Part shown: one piece after another, positions 41,050 through 50,775 of the stretch
How the letters are laid out: each line of letters starts with the position of its first letter
Numbering within the stretch: position 1 is the stretch's first letter
NCBI GenBank assembly: GCA_963740085.1
Contig: CAVUCU010000005.1
Span: forward strand, 192,001 to 256,000
Direction of reading: 5' to 3'
Length of the DNA stretch: 64,000 nt
Source of the DNA: Nitrospirota bacterium
GTDB taxonomy: Bacteria > Nitrospirota > UBA9217
Translations under genes and position numbers: made by a program
Notes under the pieces: model-generated
What the model was told of the DNA's origin: nothing
Databases searched by the model: none
The model's input: only the letters and a program-made list of their open reading frames with translations

Positions 41050-41829
41050 TCAGCGTTGTATGCTCGCCTTTTCCATGATCACCGCATACTTGTATCCTGC
41101 GCCGAAGTCTTTATCTTTATAGATCGTGCCCTTCATCGTCACAATGTCTCCGACTGCCGGCAGGTCCTGCGATGTCGCGATCAGTTTGTTGGATTGATTG
41201 GCCGCATCGCCCGTGCCGTCCTTCAAATGGATCCAGTTCTTGCCCATGATGCCCGCGGAAACCTTTACCACTTTCCCCTTGACCACCGCGGTCTTCTCGT
41301 TCAGCGCTGCCGCTTTTTCATGGATCTCGCTTACCGTATAGGCATCGGGACCCGAGGCCTTCCCGACGCTGATCTTTTCGGCCGACTTCGAATCCCCGGC
41401 CGTTTTATCGCCATGTTGCGAACTTGACGGTGATTTGCCAACCGCCGTCCCCGATTGAGAGACAAGGCCGCCGGAGAAAATGATGCTTTCGAATGTCCGC
41501 TTGAGCGTTTTGCTCGTGAAGTTCCTCATCTCTGCACCAGGCTGGAACGTCACCTCCTGTCCAACGGTGACTTCAGTCTGCGGTACGGCGACCCAGGTCT
41601 TCCTTCCCTTCTTCTCGAAAAGGACATACGTATAGCCGCCGGCATTCATCGTCTCCAACACCTTGCCCGAGAGGGAAGAGGCCTTATGAGAAGCCTCTGC
41701 TTTTTTCACCTTCATCTCCGGCGGAGGCACGGGGGAAGCCTTATCCGTTACGGCAAAAGCCGAGACAACTGAAAAGACGATCGTGGGGATAACTACACCA
41801 TATACTGCACGTCCAAAAAATCGTTTCAT
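41050..41829 (-). CDS. Secreted OB-fold protein (NrfJ-like)
   Basis: Signal peptide; G.VLETM.AGGYTY...W.AV...F.SKTL.RTF..I.F; IMGKNW.HL.DG; KDFGAGY. Confidence 0.72.
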   Translation of the reverse strand: MKRFFGRAVYGVVIPTIVFSVVSAFAVTDKASPVPPPEMKVKKAEASHKASSLSGKVLETMNAGGYTYVLFEKKGRKTWVAVPQTEVTVGQEVTFQPGAEMRNFTSKTLKRTFESIIFSGGLVSQSGTAVGKSPSSSQHGDKTAGDSKSAEKISVGKASGPDAYTVSEIHEKAAALNEKTAVVKGKVVKVSAGIMGKNWIHLKDGTGDAANQSNKLIATSQDLPAVGDIVTMKGTIYKDKDFGAGYKYAVIMEKASIQR

Positions 41830-42078
41830 TTTTTCGCTCCCTGGTATATTTGATTGGATTCAAACCGTGGCCGGTGAATCATCCTGCATGCACAACGCAT
41901 TGGAGATTACCGCTTTTAGAGAAAGTAATCAAGCGGTTTTTTCGACCGCAACCGTTTCCGGCCGACACGCACGGCACAAGGAACACAGAGGTACCAATGG
42001 AATCATTTCGTATCATCCATCAATTTTGTGACATTCGTGATAATGCATTGATATTCCCCCGCCTTGAAGGGCGTTGGG

Positions 42079-42561
42079 TCATAGCTTGTATCCGATCCTT
42101 CGCAGGAATTCCTTCCTCTGCGCCCTGTCGGCGGGCGTTTCCACTCCCTTCGGGGAGAAACCATCGATCACGCCCAGGATACCCTTGCCCTGGGGCGACG
42201 TTGCAACCACCACTTCGAGGGGGTTCGCCGTGGCGCAAAAGATATGGCAAACCTCGGGACAATTCTTGATCGGGGTGAGGACGTTGACGGGAAATGCGTT
42301 CTTAAGATAAATACAGAACACGTGGCCCGCACCGATGGATTGGAGTGTTTTCACGGAGATATTGATGAGTGCCTCGTCGTTCCCTTCTGTGCGGATGAGA
42401 CAGGGGCCGGACGCCTCGGTAAAGGCAATGCCGAACTTCGCCTGAGGGACGGTCGTGGCGATGATCTCATACAGGTCTTCTGCGGTCTTGATGAAGTGGG
42501 TCTGGCCGAGAATGACATTGCAGCCTTCGGGAATATCAACTTTTACGGTATGCATGACCAT
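42079..42561 (-). CDS. Adenosine-specific kinase / DUF355 family
   Basis: [43 protein letters not shown]. Confidence 0.85.
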   Translation of the reverse strand: MVMHTVKVDIPEGCNVILGQTHFIKTAEDLYEIIATTVPQAKFGIAFTEASGPCLIRTEGNDEALINISVKTLQSIGAGHVFCIYLKNAFPVNVLTPIKNCPEVCHIFCATANPLEVVVATSPQGKGILGVIDGFSPKGVETPADRAQRKEFLRRIGYKL

Positions 42562-42657
42562 ATGCGTCTCTTCGCACGAATCGATAACAAGTCGATCATG
42601 ATCCGAAAGCATGAATTGACTCGTAGCGGAAGTGAATCGAAGCGAAATATTGCGCTA

Positions 42658-43344
42658 TCAGAGCGGGTTCTTGTTCAGCACCGCAGACTCGGTGCCGTTC
42701 TGGAGCAGTTCAAGCATGCGGGCCAGGGATTCGTCATGAAGTTCCTGAATGAGCTCCTTGTCCACTCCCCGCTTTCTCTTCTTGTTCAGGAACGAGAGAA
42801 AGACCATGCTTTTGTAGATCCGCTTGTTGGTCTTGAAGGAAAAGATGTAACTGTCAAGAGAGTTTTCGAGCAGCAAGTCACTCCGTTTCCGGACCGCCCT
42901 GCTGATCCTGACGGTCTGGAGCCAGTAGGACTTATCGATCAGGCTGTCAGCCTTCATCTCGACCCACGTATGTCCCATGTTCCCCATCTCATCGGTCAGG
43001 GTCTCATGCGCCACGGTATCGGCGGCAAGATGAGCCAGGTAGCCGTAGGCAAACGATCGCTCGGGCCAGGTCTTTGCCTGATCCAGAAGTTTGAGGCCCA
43101 CATCCCAGGAGTGCGAACTCTTGTCGTCCGGGAGATACTTTTTCCCGAGTATGATATCGGCCATGATGTTGCCGTAGAGGAAGTCCTGACGGTGCTTATT
43201 GAGAAGCGCGAGGATGCCGGCCGGGATGAGCGGTGCGCAGTTGAGCAGTTCATTGCCAAGATACATATGGGTCATGGGACCCCATGCAAAAGCAAAGGAA
43301 GGGACAAGAATGAAACCGGCTGCAAGAAATAAAATAAATATCAT
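42658..43344 (-). CDS. Zinc-dependent phospholipase C family protein
   Basis: Signal peptide then AWGPMTH, FLYG...AD, H.W, GYL.HLAAD..AH, H...E. Confidence 0.8.
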   Translation of the reverse strand: MIFILFLAAGFILVPSFAFAWGPMTHMYLGNELLNCAPLIPAGILALLNKHRQDFLYGNIMADIILGKKYLPDDKSSHSWDVGLKLLDQAKTWPERSFAYGYLAHLAADTVAHETLTDEMGNMGHTWVEMKADSLIDKSYWLQTVRISRAVRKRSDLLLENSLDSYIFSFKTNKRIYKSMVFLSFLNKKRKRGVDKELIQELHDESLARMLELLQNGTESAVLNKNPL

Positions 43345-43394
43345 GTGCTCTTTTCTGACTCGTATAATAAATGGTCCGAACAACAAACTCTTAC

Positions 43395-43423
43395 ATAATA
43401 CCTCTTGGGTACCGTTGCGTCAA
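43395..43423 (-). promoter_or_regulatory. sigma70 promoter for phospholipase C-like gene
   Basis: TTGACG-N17-TATTAT on minus strand. Confidence 0.6.
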
Positions 43424-43582
43424 TACAAAAATTGACCGGGAAACCCCGTGAGAGCAAGCAGTTCTCTCATGATTATATATCGTGGCTTTGCACCACAATT
43501 TCTCCGGCAGATATTTTCCACTGACTGGAGTCCGGCGGCTTTCTCGAATGGGGTAAATCTTACTTTTTGTCGTCTGAAAACA

Positions 43583-43727
43583 TAGCCTCCGGTTATTCGT
43601 ACTTCACAGAAGAACCGACTGCACCCGGATCCCCTGTTGGAAACCTGCCTTGCCACCGAGCGGCTTGACGGGCAAGAATCTCAAAAGGGTCCGGGGAAAG
43701 ATATCCCTCGGGATCGGGAAACGGCTA
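43583..43727 (+). ncRNA. Candidate 6S-like structured RNA
   Basis: Hand-folded rod: TAGCC/GGCTA and TCCGGTT/GATCGGG closing stem, large central bubble, CCCGGATCC/GGGTCCGGG inner stem, TTGCC/GGCAA terminal stem; G-U pairs favour plus strand. Confidence 0.4.
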
Positions 43728-43952
43728 CTTGCACCCTGCGCAGGACGATGAAGAACAGCCGCCGCAGCCGGAACTGCTGCCTGAAGACGCTGATGTCGAA
43801 CTGTTCGAAGACCTGCCCGTGCCGAAGCGGGACATGAGCTTCTCGGTCTTCTTTGAGCCACACCTCTCGCAGGCGACTTCCGGATTCGATCCGAAGACGA
43901 GCTTCTCGAAATCGGTGTTGCAATCATCACAGTGATATTCGTAGATGGGCAT
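43725..43952 (-). CDS. FmdB family zinc-ribbon regulatory protein
   Basis: MPIYEY.C..C...FE.L......C..CGS, C-terminal CGGC....C..C. Confidence 0.88.
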   Translation of the reverse strand: MPIYEYHCDDCNTDFEKLVFGSNPEVACERCGSKKTEKLMSRFGTGRSSNSSTSASSGSSSGCGGCSSSSCAGCK

Positions 43953-43966
43953 AGTATCCTTTTAAT

Positions 43967-45244
43967 TCATTTCACCTTCTGAAGGGAATGCCTGCCGTCA
44001 AATGTCTCTCTTGGGGGGCAATCCGCGGTTGAAAGCGCCTCTTCCAGCAGTTGCACCGGGTGCATCACTTCGATCCCGGAACCGCGTCGCCTCAGCGCAT
44101 CTGATATCTGCATGCAACAGCCGGGGCAACCCGTTGCAACCACCGCCGCGCGGGTTGCGATGATATTGTTCACCTTGTCTGCGGCAATACCATCGGAAAG
44201 CTCCCGGTGGGTTATACGCATCACCCCGCCGAACCCGCAGCAGCGGTCCGGGTACCTCATTTCCACGAGCGTAAGACCGGGGATGCTCCGGAGCAGGGCT
44301 CGTACGGTCCCCGACAGTCCCTGACCTCTGCTGAGGTGACACGGGTCATGGACGGTTACGCTTTTGCTGACCGGGTTGAGCTTGAGCCCTGCGATCCTGC
44401 CCGCAAGAAACTCATGGATGTCGAGCACAACCGGCGCCTTCGCGCCGGGTCGAAGCAGCTTAGGATAATCCTTTTTAAACGTCAGGCCGCAAGAGGCGCA
44501 GGAGGTGACGATCGCATCCACCTCAAGTGCCTCGAAGAGCGCGGCGTTTTGCGCGGCAAGCTCTTCCGCCGCCTGTCGGTCGCCGAGCGAAAGGAGCGGT
44601 CTGCCACAGCATTTCAGATCGTCGGGCACGATCACGTCGTATCCGATAGCGTTCAGGACGCGTATCGTTGCGCCTCCGATGTCGGTCTGAATGTGCTCGA
44701 CCGCGCACCCCGGGAAAAAAGCAACCGTCCCTCTTCTTGTTGTTTTCTCTGAACTTTGAACGAAGCCCGCCCTCGAACGTTTTAATCGAGGGAACCTTGA
44801 GCCTGTTCCCCGCTCCCCTGCCCCCTGACTTTTTGAGTAATGGAGCATGACCGGGGCAAGCCATGCGGCAGCGCGCATCAGGGCGGGCTGCTTCAAGGCG
44901 CCGGCTATGACGCTGCTGATGATCCCCGTGCCGGACTCTGCAACCGCCTGCTCTTTTGCCGCCTGAAGGATCTCCGTCACCGGGACATTGCTCGGGCAGG
45001 CCGCCTCGCAGGCCAGACAGGTCGCACACGTAGCGAGGCGGTCTTTGTATATCCTGGAGACCTTGAGCCGTCCGTCCAATACGGCTTTGATAAGCGCCAT
45101 CCTGCCGCGGGCAGAGAACGACTCATCGTGTTCATGCAGATAGGTTGGACAGACCGCGCTGCAGGAACCGCACTTTACGCAGCGGGCAAGGTCCGCCTGG
45201 TGAAGCTCCAGTGCACTGGCGATTTGTGTTTGCTTATTCTTCAT
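43967..45244 (-). CDS. (Fe-S)-binding CCG-domain oxidoreductase subunit (GlcF-like)
   Basis: CVKCGSCSAVCPT, CATCLACEAACPS, FFPGC, CCG, HDPCHL, CCGFGG, CPGC..Q. Confidence 0.87.
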   Translation of the reverse strand: MKNKQTQIASALELHQADLARCVKCGSCSAVCPTYLHEHDESFSARGRMALIKAVLDGRLKVSRIYKDRLATCATCLACEAACPSNVPVTEILQAAKEQAVAESGTGIISSVIAGALKQPALMRAAAWLAPVMLHYSKSQGAGERGTGSRFPRLKRSRAGFVQSSEKTTRRGTVAFFPGCAVEHIQTDIGGATIRVLNAIGYDVIVPDDLKCCGRPLLSLGDRQAAEELAAQNAALFEALEVDAIVTSCASCGLTFKKDYPKLLRPGAKAPVVLDIHEFLAGRIAGLKLNPVSKSVTVHDPCHLSRGQGLSGTVRALLRSIPGLTLVEMRYPDRCCGFGGVMRITHRELSDGIAADKVNNIIATRAAVVATGCPGCCMQISDALRRRGSGIEVMHPVQLLEEALSTADCPPRETFDGRHSLQKVK

Positions 45245-45260
45245 GGCTCATCATGACGGT

Positions 45261-45893
45261 TCATGGCAGGATCGACACCGGAGTGCCAAGGGACACCACG
45301 CGGTAAATTTCGTCTACATCGGCGTTGTCAAGTGCGATGCAGCCGTCGGTCCAGTTTCTCTCAACCGGCTGTCGAGGCACATCACTGGCACCGATCGTTC
45401 TGCCATGGATGCCCACGGCCCCGCCAAGCTTCGTCTCCCACGTGGGTGGCAACCGTGCCTCGATAGCCTTCCTGATCATCGCATATTCAACAGGAGAGAT
45501 CATTCTGGATTTGAGGCCGTATTCCGCGTGTGGCAAACCGGGGTAGCTGAGGCCCAGGAACTTATGGAATCGCCTGCTGTGATTCATGGTGCAGATATAG
45601 AAATCCCCTTCCGGTGTCCGCCGGTCACCCATCCGTTGTTTATCGCCTTCCCCATAGCCCTTGCCGAACACAGCCTGGTACGTCTTGACGGAAGTCTCAC
45701 CCTTGAAGAGGGTCATGCTATACCGCGATTTCCGGATAACGAGCTTGATCTTCCCGTCGAGTGAGGAGAGCAAGGTTTCAAAGGCTTCCGTATGGAGGGT
45801 CGGCGTCTCGGGCAGCGGCGAAATGCAGGTCAACAGCAGGAACGCGGCAAGGGGTATGAGTACACGACTGCTATTTTTCTGTTTCGGGGCCAT
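45261..45893 (-). CDS. L,D-transpeptidase family protein
   Basis: K...GD.RTPEG.F, LSYP, GG.VGIHG, WTDGCIAL. Confidence 0.87.
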   Translation of the reverse strand: MAPKQKNSSRVLIPLAAFLLLTCISPLPETPTLHTEAFETLLSSLDGKIKLVIRKSRYSMTLFKGETSVKTYQAVFGKGYGEGDKQRMGDRRTPEGDFYICTMNHSRRFHKFLGLSYPGLPHAEYGLKSRMISPVEYAMIRKAIEARLPPTWETKLGGAVGIHGRTIGASDVPRQPVERNWTDGCIALDNADVDEIYRVVSLGTPVSILP

Positions 45894-45907
45894 TCATCCA
45901 CCCGCGA

Positions 45908-46171
45908 TCACGCGCGGTTCTTGTCCTCGTATCGTCGGGCACAGGCGTCGCTGCAGAAATAAGTAAGCGTGCCCCGAATGCGCCGTGTTACCGCGCGGTC
46001 CTTTACCACATAGGTACGGCATTCGGGATCAAGCACCATTTCATCTCCCATGATCTGCCTGCCGTGACGTTGTTCATCATTGTGATAGGCCCTGAGCGCC
46101 GACCGCACGACGGTCCTGAGCGCGGAATAGATCACAAAAATGACGAGGATAAACACCACACCCCGGATCAT
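45908..46171 (-). CDS. Membrane-anchored YHS/TRASH domain protein
   Basis: N-terminal TM; MV.DP.C.TY.........YFCS..C. Confidence 0.75.
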   Translation of the reverse strand: MIRGVVFILVIFVIYSALRTVVRSALRAYHNDEQRHGRQIMGDEMVLDPECRTYVVKDRAVTRRIRGTLTYFCSDACARRYEDKNRA

Positions 46172-46274
46172 GAAGTCTCCTTTTTGAGCGCTTTTTTAAA
46201 TGTCATTGCCTGAACCTCATAGCATCCGTCCGCGGGTGACCGGGGTAAGTTTCAAAAGGCATTTTCGCGTCGGA

Positions 46275-47834
46275 TCAATGCCTGAAATGCCGCATCCCGG
46301 TCATGACCATGGCGATCCCGTGCTCGTTCGCCGCCTTGATCACCTCTTCGTCCTTAAGCGACCCGCCGGGCTGGATAACGGCCGTTATGCCGGCCTTCGC
46401 CGCCTCGTCAAGTCCGTCGCGGAAGGGGAAGAAGGCGTCCGACGCGAGCACGGTCCCGGTAAGCGGGAACTGCGCCTTCATCACAGCGATACGCACCGAA
46501 TCAAGACGGCTCATCTGTCCGGCCCCGATGCCGATGGTCCGGTCTTTTGTGGTAAAGACGATGGCATTCGACTTCACATGCTTGCAGACCTTCCAGGCGA
46601 AGGCAAGCGCTTCGTATTCGTCATCAGTGGGTTTCCGCGCGGTCGCGACGGCCAGTTTCCGGATGTCTTCGATCCGGCCGAGGTCGCGGTCCTGATAGAT
46701 CAGCCCTCCCACGAGTTTTTTCATGTCCATGCCCTCGGGCGCGCCCGTCACCGTGGGTCCAACATCGAGCAGCCTCAGGTCCTTTTTCCGCTTGAGTTCT
46801 TCAAGTGCATCAGGCGCATACTCGGGCGCGACCACCACCTCCACGAATGTGGACGTGAGTTCCTTGGCGGTATCAAAATCCACCATGCGGTTAAAGGCGA
46901 TCACCCCGCCGAAGGCCGAGACCGGGTCACAGTCGCGCGCCTTGCAATAGGCCTCGAGGGGCGTTGCTGCCGTGGCCGCACCGCAGGGGTTGTTGTGCTT
47001 CACAATGATCGCCGCGGTCTGGTCGTACTCCTTCGCAAGCTCGAGCGCGCTGTTTGCATCGAGGAAGTTGTTGAAGGACATCTCTTTTCCCTGCAGCTGT
47101 CTCGCGTGGGCAACGCTCGGTTCTTTGCGTCCGAATTCCCTGTAGAACGCACCCTGCTGATGGGGATTCTCGCCGTAGCGCAGGTTCTGCACCTTCTCAA
47201 ACTGGAGCGTGAGGATGTTGGGGAAGCGGGTCTTCTCGTCTGCCGGCACCTGGCTGTCGAGCCAGGCCGAGATCGCACTGTCGTAGCGGGCGGTATGGAG
47301 AAAGACCGTGCGGCAAAGCTCGAAGCGGGTCTTTGCCGAGACCTCGCCGTGCTTCTGAAGCTCTTCGAGCACGCGACCGTAGTCGCGGGGTGACACCACC
47401 ACGGCCACGTCTGTGTAATTCTTGGCCGCGGAACGCAGCATGGTCGGGCCGCCTATATCGATGTTCTCGATCGCGTCCTCAAGGGTACACCCCGGTTTAG
47501 CCACGGTCTGCTCAAAGGGGTAGAGGTTCACGACCACGAGATCGATGGGCTCGATGCCGTGCTGTTTCATCTGTCTCACATGCTCGGGATTGCCTCGCCT
47601 GCCGAGGATCCCGCCATGCACCTTGGGGTGCAGGGTCTTGACCCTGCCGTCGAGCATCTCGGGGAATCCCGTGAATTCCGACACATCCTTGACCTTGACG
47701 CCGGCATCGCGAAGCATCTTTGCCGTTCCGCCAGTGGACAGGATCTCAATGCCGAGTTTCTCGATCCCCCTGGCGAAATCGAGAATGCCTTCCTTGTGTG
47801 AAACACTGATGAGTGCGCGCGTCACTTTGGCCAC
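46275..47834 (-). CDS. purH: Bifunctional AICAR transformylase/IMP cyclohydrolase
   Basis: RALISVS, STGGT, GRVKTLHP, IDIGGP, LRYGENPHQ, KHNNPCG, KSNAI, SDAFFPF; GTG start with GGAGG. Confidence 0.97.
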   Translation of the reverse strand: MAKVTRALISVSHKEGILDFARGIEKLGIEILSTGGTAKMLRDAGVKVKDVSEFTGFPEMLDGRVKTLHPKVHGGILGRRGNPEHVRQMKQHGIEPIDLVVVNLYPFEQTVAKPGCTLEDAIENIDIGGPTMLRSAAKNYTDVAVVVSPRDYGRVLEELQKHGEVSAKTRFELCRTVFLHTARYDSAISAWLDSQVPADEKTRFPNILTLQFEKVQNLRYGENPHQQGAFYREFGRKEPSVAHARQLQGKEMSFNNFLDANSALELAKEYDQTAAIIVKHNNPCGAATAATPLEAYCKARDCDPVSAFGGVIAFNRMVDFDTAKELTSTFVEVVVAPEYAPDALEELKRKKDLRLLDVGPTVTGAPEGMDMKKLVGGLIYQDRDLGRIEDIRKLAVATARKPTDDEYEALAFAWKVCKHVKSNAIVFTTKDRTIGIGAGQMSRLDSVRIAVMKAQFPLTGTVLASDAFFPFRDGLDEAAKAGITAVIQPGGSLKDEEVIKAANEHGIAMVMTGMRHFRH

Positions 47835-47887
47835 AGGGTGAACCTCCATGATAAAAAATGATGGGAAACCACAGTAGAACGTGAAGA

Positions 47888-47944
47888 ATTGTAACCGATA
47901 GGACGGTGAAAGTCAATTTATGACGTGCTCTTTGACGTGCTCTT
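47888..47944 (-). promoter_or_regulatory. purH promoter with upstream 12-bp direct repeat
   Basis: TTGACT-N17-TACAAT (47888-47916); TGACGTGCTCTT x2 at 47921-47944. Confidence 0.6.
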
Positions 47945-47960
47945 AAAAAGCGGGCTTTCA

Positions 47961-48040
47961 TCACAGCGGCACAGAGGACACGGAGAATAAATCGTTGGCA
48001 TTAAAATGCCATACCTCCGTGTCTCAGTGTCTCAGTGGTT
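47961..48040. repeat. 8/9-nt-period inverted element (CACAGCGGCACAGAGGACACGGAG ... CTCCGTGTCTCAGTGTCTCAGTGG)
   Basis: Arms 47961-47986 and 48015-48040. Confidence 0.72.
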
Positions 48041-48066
48041 TTTTGAATTTTTGTGATCGATTATAT

Positions 48067-48543
48067 CTATTTCGTCAGACCCGCGCGGAAGGCATCGAGC
48101 CACCTGATATGGCTTTTCTCCTCGTTAATAATCTCGTCGACCGCTTTCTTCTCTTTTACGAGGGACCTGAGCTCAAAAAAGTAGAGAAGCGTCTCTTTTT
48201 CGAAGCCAATCGCGAACTTTATGACATCCTGCACGGTCTTCACATGGTCCATGGCGGGAAGGGCCTTCCCCTTGCCAAGAAAAAATTCGGATTCGACAAA
48301 GGCTCGCATGTAATTGCTCACCTCATCCCACTCGACCGGCTCTGCTCCCTGCTTCGCGACCGTCGCCTTCAGATCGGTAAAGATCTTCTCATGCACCTTT
48401 TCCTTTGACGCCAGGGTGGTGAAAAGCTTGGCCAGATCGTCTTCCTTTTTGAACTTCTCCGCCATGGTGGAATAGAACTGGTAGCCAAGCGTTTCCGTCC
48501 GGATCGCCATCTCCATGATCTCATCGATCGAATATTTGTTCAT
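48067..48543 (-). CDS. Ferritin-like / rubrerythrin family protein
   Basis: AI..E..G..FY, LA..E..H, AI.FEK....F, I..EE..H di-iron pattern. Confidence 0.85.
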   Translation of the reverse strand: MNKYSIDEIMEMAIRTETLGYQFYSTMAEKFKKEDDLAKLFTTLASKEKVHEKIFTDLKATVAKQGAEPVEWDEVSNYMRAFVESEFFLGKGKALPAMDHVKTVQDVIKFAIGFEKETLLYFFELRSLVKEKKAVDEIINEEKSHIRWLDAFRAGLTK

Positions 48544-48607
48544 GCCTGTCTCCTTTATAAAAAGAATGGATGATTTACGCTGCGCACGCCGAAGCCGTTG
48601 CCTGAAA

Positions 48608-48636
48608 ATAATAGCGTTTTACGAAGAAGGTGTCAA
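48608..48636 (-). promoter_or_regulatory. sigma70 promoter for ferritin-like gene
   Basis: TTGACA-N17-TATTAT. Confidence 0.65.
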
Positions 48637-48779
48637 TCGAATTTTGTTCCATCAATCGGCCGCTTTCCTGTTGACCCGGTACACATCGACACGGATGCCG
48701 TGGTACAGAAACACAAGACCGGCCTGCAAATCAAACTAGCCGCCATTACCCCAAGCTCTGCCTCGCCGCTGTTTCGGGG

Positions 48780-48808
48780 TTGACAAGTACGTCTTGTTTT
48801 GCTACATT
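48780..48808 (+). promoter_or_regulatory. sigma70 promoter for pfk
   Basis: TTGACA-N17-TACATT with extended -10 TG. Confidence 0.65.
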
Positions 48809-48877
48809 TGCGCGGGACTTGAAAAGCAGGGGTGAGAAGCAAAAAGGTACAAAAATATCAGCCATCAGGAGGCGATC

Positions 48878-50113
48878 ATGGGAGAAAAACTTGCAATAGT
48901 CATCGGCGGGGGACCGGCACCAGGGATCAACGGGGTGATTGCCGCAGTCACATTCGAGGCCGTAAAGCAGGGACTGGAGGTCATCGGCATCTACGACGGA
49001 TTCAAGTGGCTGGGCAAGGGGGATACCTCACATACGATCCGTCTTGACAAAGACGAGATCTCACGCATACACCTGCGCGGCGGCTCGCTCCTGCGCACCT
49101 CGCGCGACAACCCTACCAAGAGCCCCGAAAAAATGGCCAATGTGCTCAAGTCCTTGAACAGCCTCGGCATCAGGTATCTGGTGACCATCGGTGGAGACGA
49201 CACGGCCTACACAGCCACCCGGGTCGAACAGGAGGCAGGCGGCAAGATAGCAGTCTGCCATGTGCCCAAGACCATCGACAACGACCTGCCGCTTCCGCAC
49301 GGCATCCCGACCTTCGGATTTGAGACCGCGCGCCAGCTCGGCACCCAGCTGGTCGAGAACATCATGGAGGACGCCCGAACCGCGGGCAGGTGGTATTTCG
49401 TTATCGCCATGGGCCGCTCCGCGGGGTTCCTGGCGCTCGGCATGGGCATGGGCGCCGGCGCCACGCTGACCCTCATCCCGGAGGAACTGGGCAGCAAAAT
49501 ATCGCTGAACAAGGTGATCGCCATTCTCGCGGGCGCTGTCATCAAGCGGCTTTCCCTCGGCAGGTCCCACGGTGTGGTCGTGATCGCAGAAGGCGTTGCC
49601 ACGCGTTTCGATCCTGAAGAACTGACCTTCCTCAAAGACGTGCCGCGGGACGACCACGGCAACATCCGCCTGGCGGAGATCCCGCTCGGAGATCTGCTGA
49701 AACAGCGGGTGATGGCGGAACTGGACAAGCTTGGAATCAAGACGACCATCATCGCCAAGGACATCGGCTATGAGCTTCGCTGTCAGCCGCCCATCTCCTA
49801 CGACCGCGAATACACCCGCTACCTGGGCTACAGCGCGGTAAAGTTCCTGACCTCGGGCGGCACCGGCGCCATGATCATGCTGAAGGACGGCAAGAACCTG
49901 CCGATCAAGTTCGCGGATCTTATAGACCCCAAGACGGGCAAGACGCGTATCCGTACCGTGGATATCAATTCCGATGACTACCACATGGCCCGAAGATATA
50001 TGATACGGCTCGAGAAGGAAGACATGGAAGGTGAGAAACTAAATCTACTGGCGGCAACGGCAAAGATGAGCCCCGAGGATTTCAAGAAGAAGTTCGGCGC
50101 AGCAGTGGAATGA
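48878..50113 (+). CDS. pfp: Pyrophosphate-dependent 6-phosphofructokinase
   Basis: GGGPAPGIN, GGDDT (Asp of PPi type), PKTIDND, MGR, GYELRC. Confidence 0.88.
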   Translation: MGEKLAIVIGGGPAPGINGVIAAVTFEAVKQGLEVIGIYDGFKWLGKGDTSHTIRLDKDEISRIHLRGGSLLRTSRDNPTKSPEKMANVLKSLNSLGIRYLVTIGGDDTAYTATRVEQEAGGKIAVCHVPKTIDNDLPLPHGIPTFGFETARQLGTQLVENIMEDARTAGRWYFVIAMGRSAGFLALGMGMGAGATLTLIPEELGSKISLNKVIAILAGAVIKRLSLGRSHGVVVIAEGVATRFDPEELTFLKDVPRDDHGNIRLAEIPLGDLLKQRVMAELDKLGIKTTIIAKDIGYELRCQPPISYDREYTRYLGYSAVKFLTSGGTGAMIMLKDGKNLPIKFADLIDPKTGKTRIRTVDINSDDYHMARRYMIRLEKEDMEGEKLNLLAATAKMSPEDFKKKFGAAVE

Positions 50114-50240
50114 TGAACACCCGTGACAGGTAATAGGTGATCCGTAACAGGTAGGGGGGAAGTGACCCGCAAATACACCGTGAGGGGCTGCATCTGCTCC
50201 TCACTTTTTTATTTCTGTTTATTCATCACTCATTACTGAT
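50107..50240. repeat. 7-nt-period element (TGATGAA..TGACAGG TAATAGG TGATCCG TAACAGG ... TCATCAC TCATTAC)
   Basis: Forward and reverse heptamer arms directly after pfp stop. Confidence 0.55.
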
Positions 50241-50775
50241 GCTATCTTTCCGGCCCGATCAAATTTTACAGCCTGAATGCCGTTGATACGGCAATCAACC
50301 GCTGTGGGATAGAACCGATGGCTTTCCGGGAAGCGCAAAGCGTTTTAGACGCTGTTTATGCGATCTGGATGCGCATGGGCATACCGGAGAACCTGCAGGT
50401 AGACAATGAGTTCTCCTTTTACGGGAGCCCAACCCATCCCCGTGGCATGGGGCCGCTTATTCGTCTCTGCCTGCGCTACGGGGTCAACCTTTGGTTCATT
50501 CCGCCTTCCGAACCATGGCGAAACGGGATTGTCGAGAAGTTCAATGATCATTACCGGCAAAAGTTTCTCGAAAAGATCACCATGGCATCAATGCCGCAGC
50601 TTCGACAAGAATCACTGGCATTTGAACATCGGCATAACAGCGCTTATCGCTACAGCAAAATCAAAGGGAAAACGCCTCTTACAGCATTAGCCGAAGAGAA
50701 AACGAAACTGATCTTCCCGAGCAAGAGTGATGCTCCAAAGCATCCCTTGGAGAAACCGGAGGAAGGACGCTATTA
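50240..50775 (+). pseudogene. Internal fragment of a DDE (IS481/IS3-like integrase core) transposase
   Basis: FYSLNAVD...GIP..LQVDN...F.GS...FIPP.EPWRNG.VEKFN; lacks N-terminal HTH and terminal IRs. Confidence 0.78.

Noticed and set aside
43470-43525. c-di-GMP-I riboswitch-like words on minus strand (GGAAAA...GAAA...GCAAAGCCACG)
   Set aside because: Stems around the GAAA loop do not pair convincingly and the downstream hairpin is absent
43583-43727. SRP (4.5S) RNA
   Set aside because: Lacks the conserved CAGG..GGAA..AGCAG domain IV motif
47835-47960. ZMP/ZTP riboswitch upstream of purH
   Set aside because: Promoter lies about 50 nt from the start and no matching aptamer motif is visible
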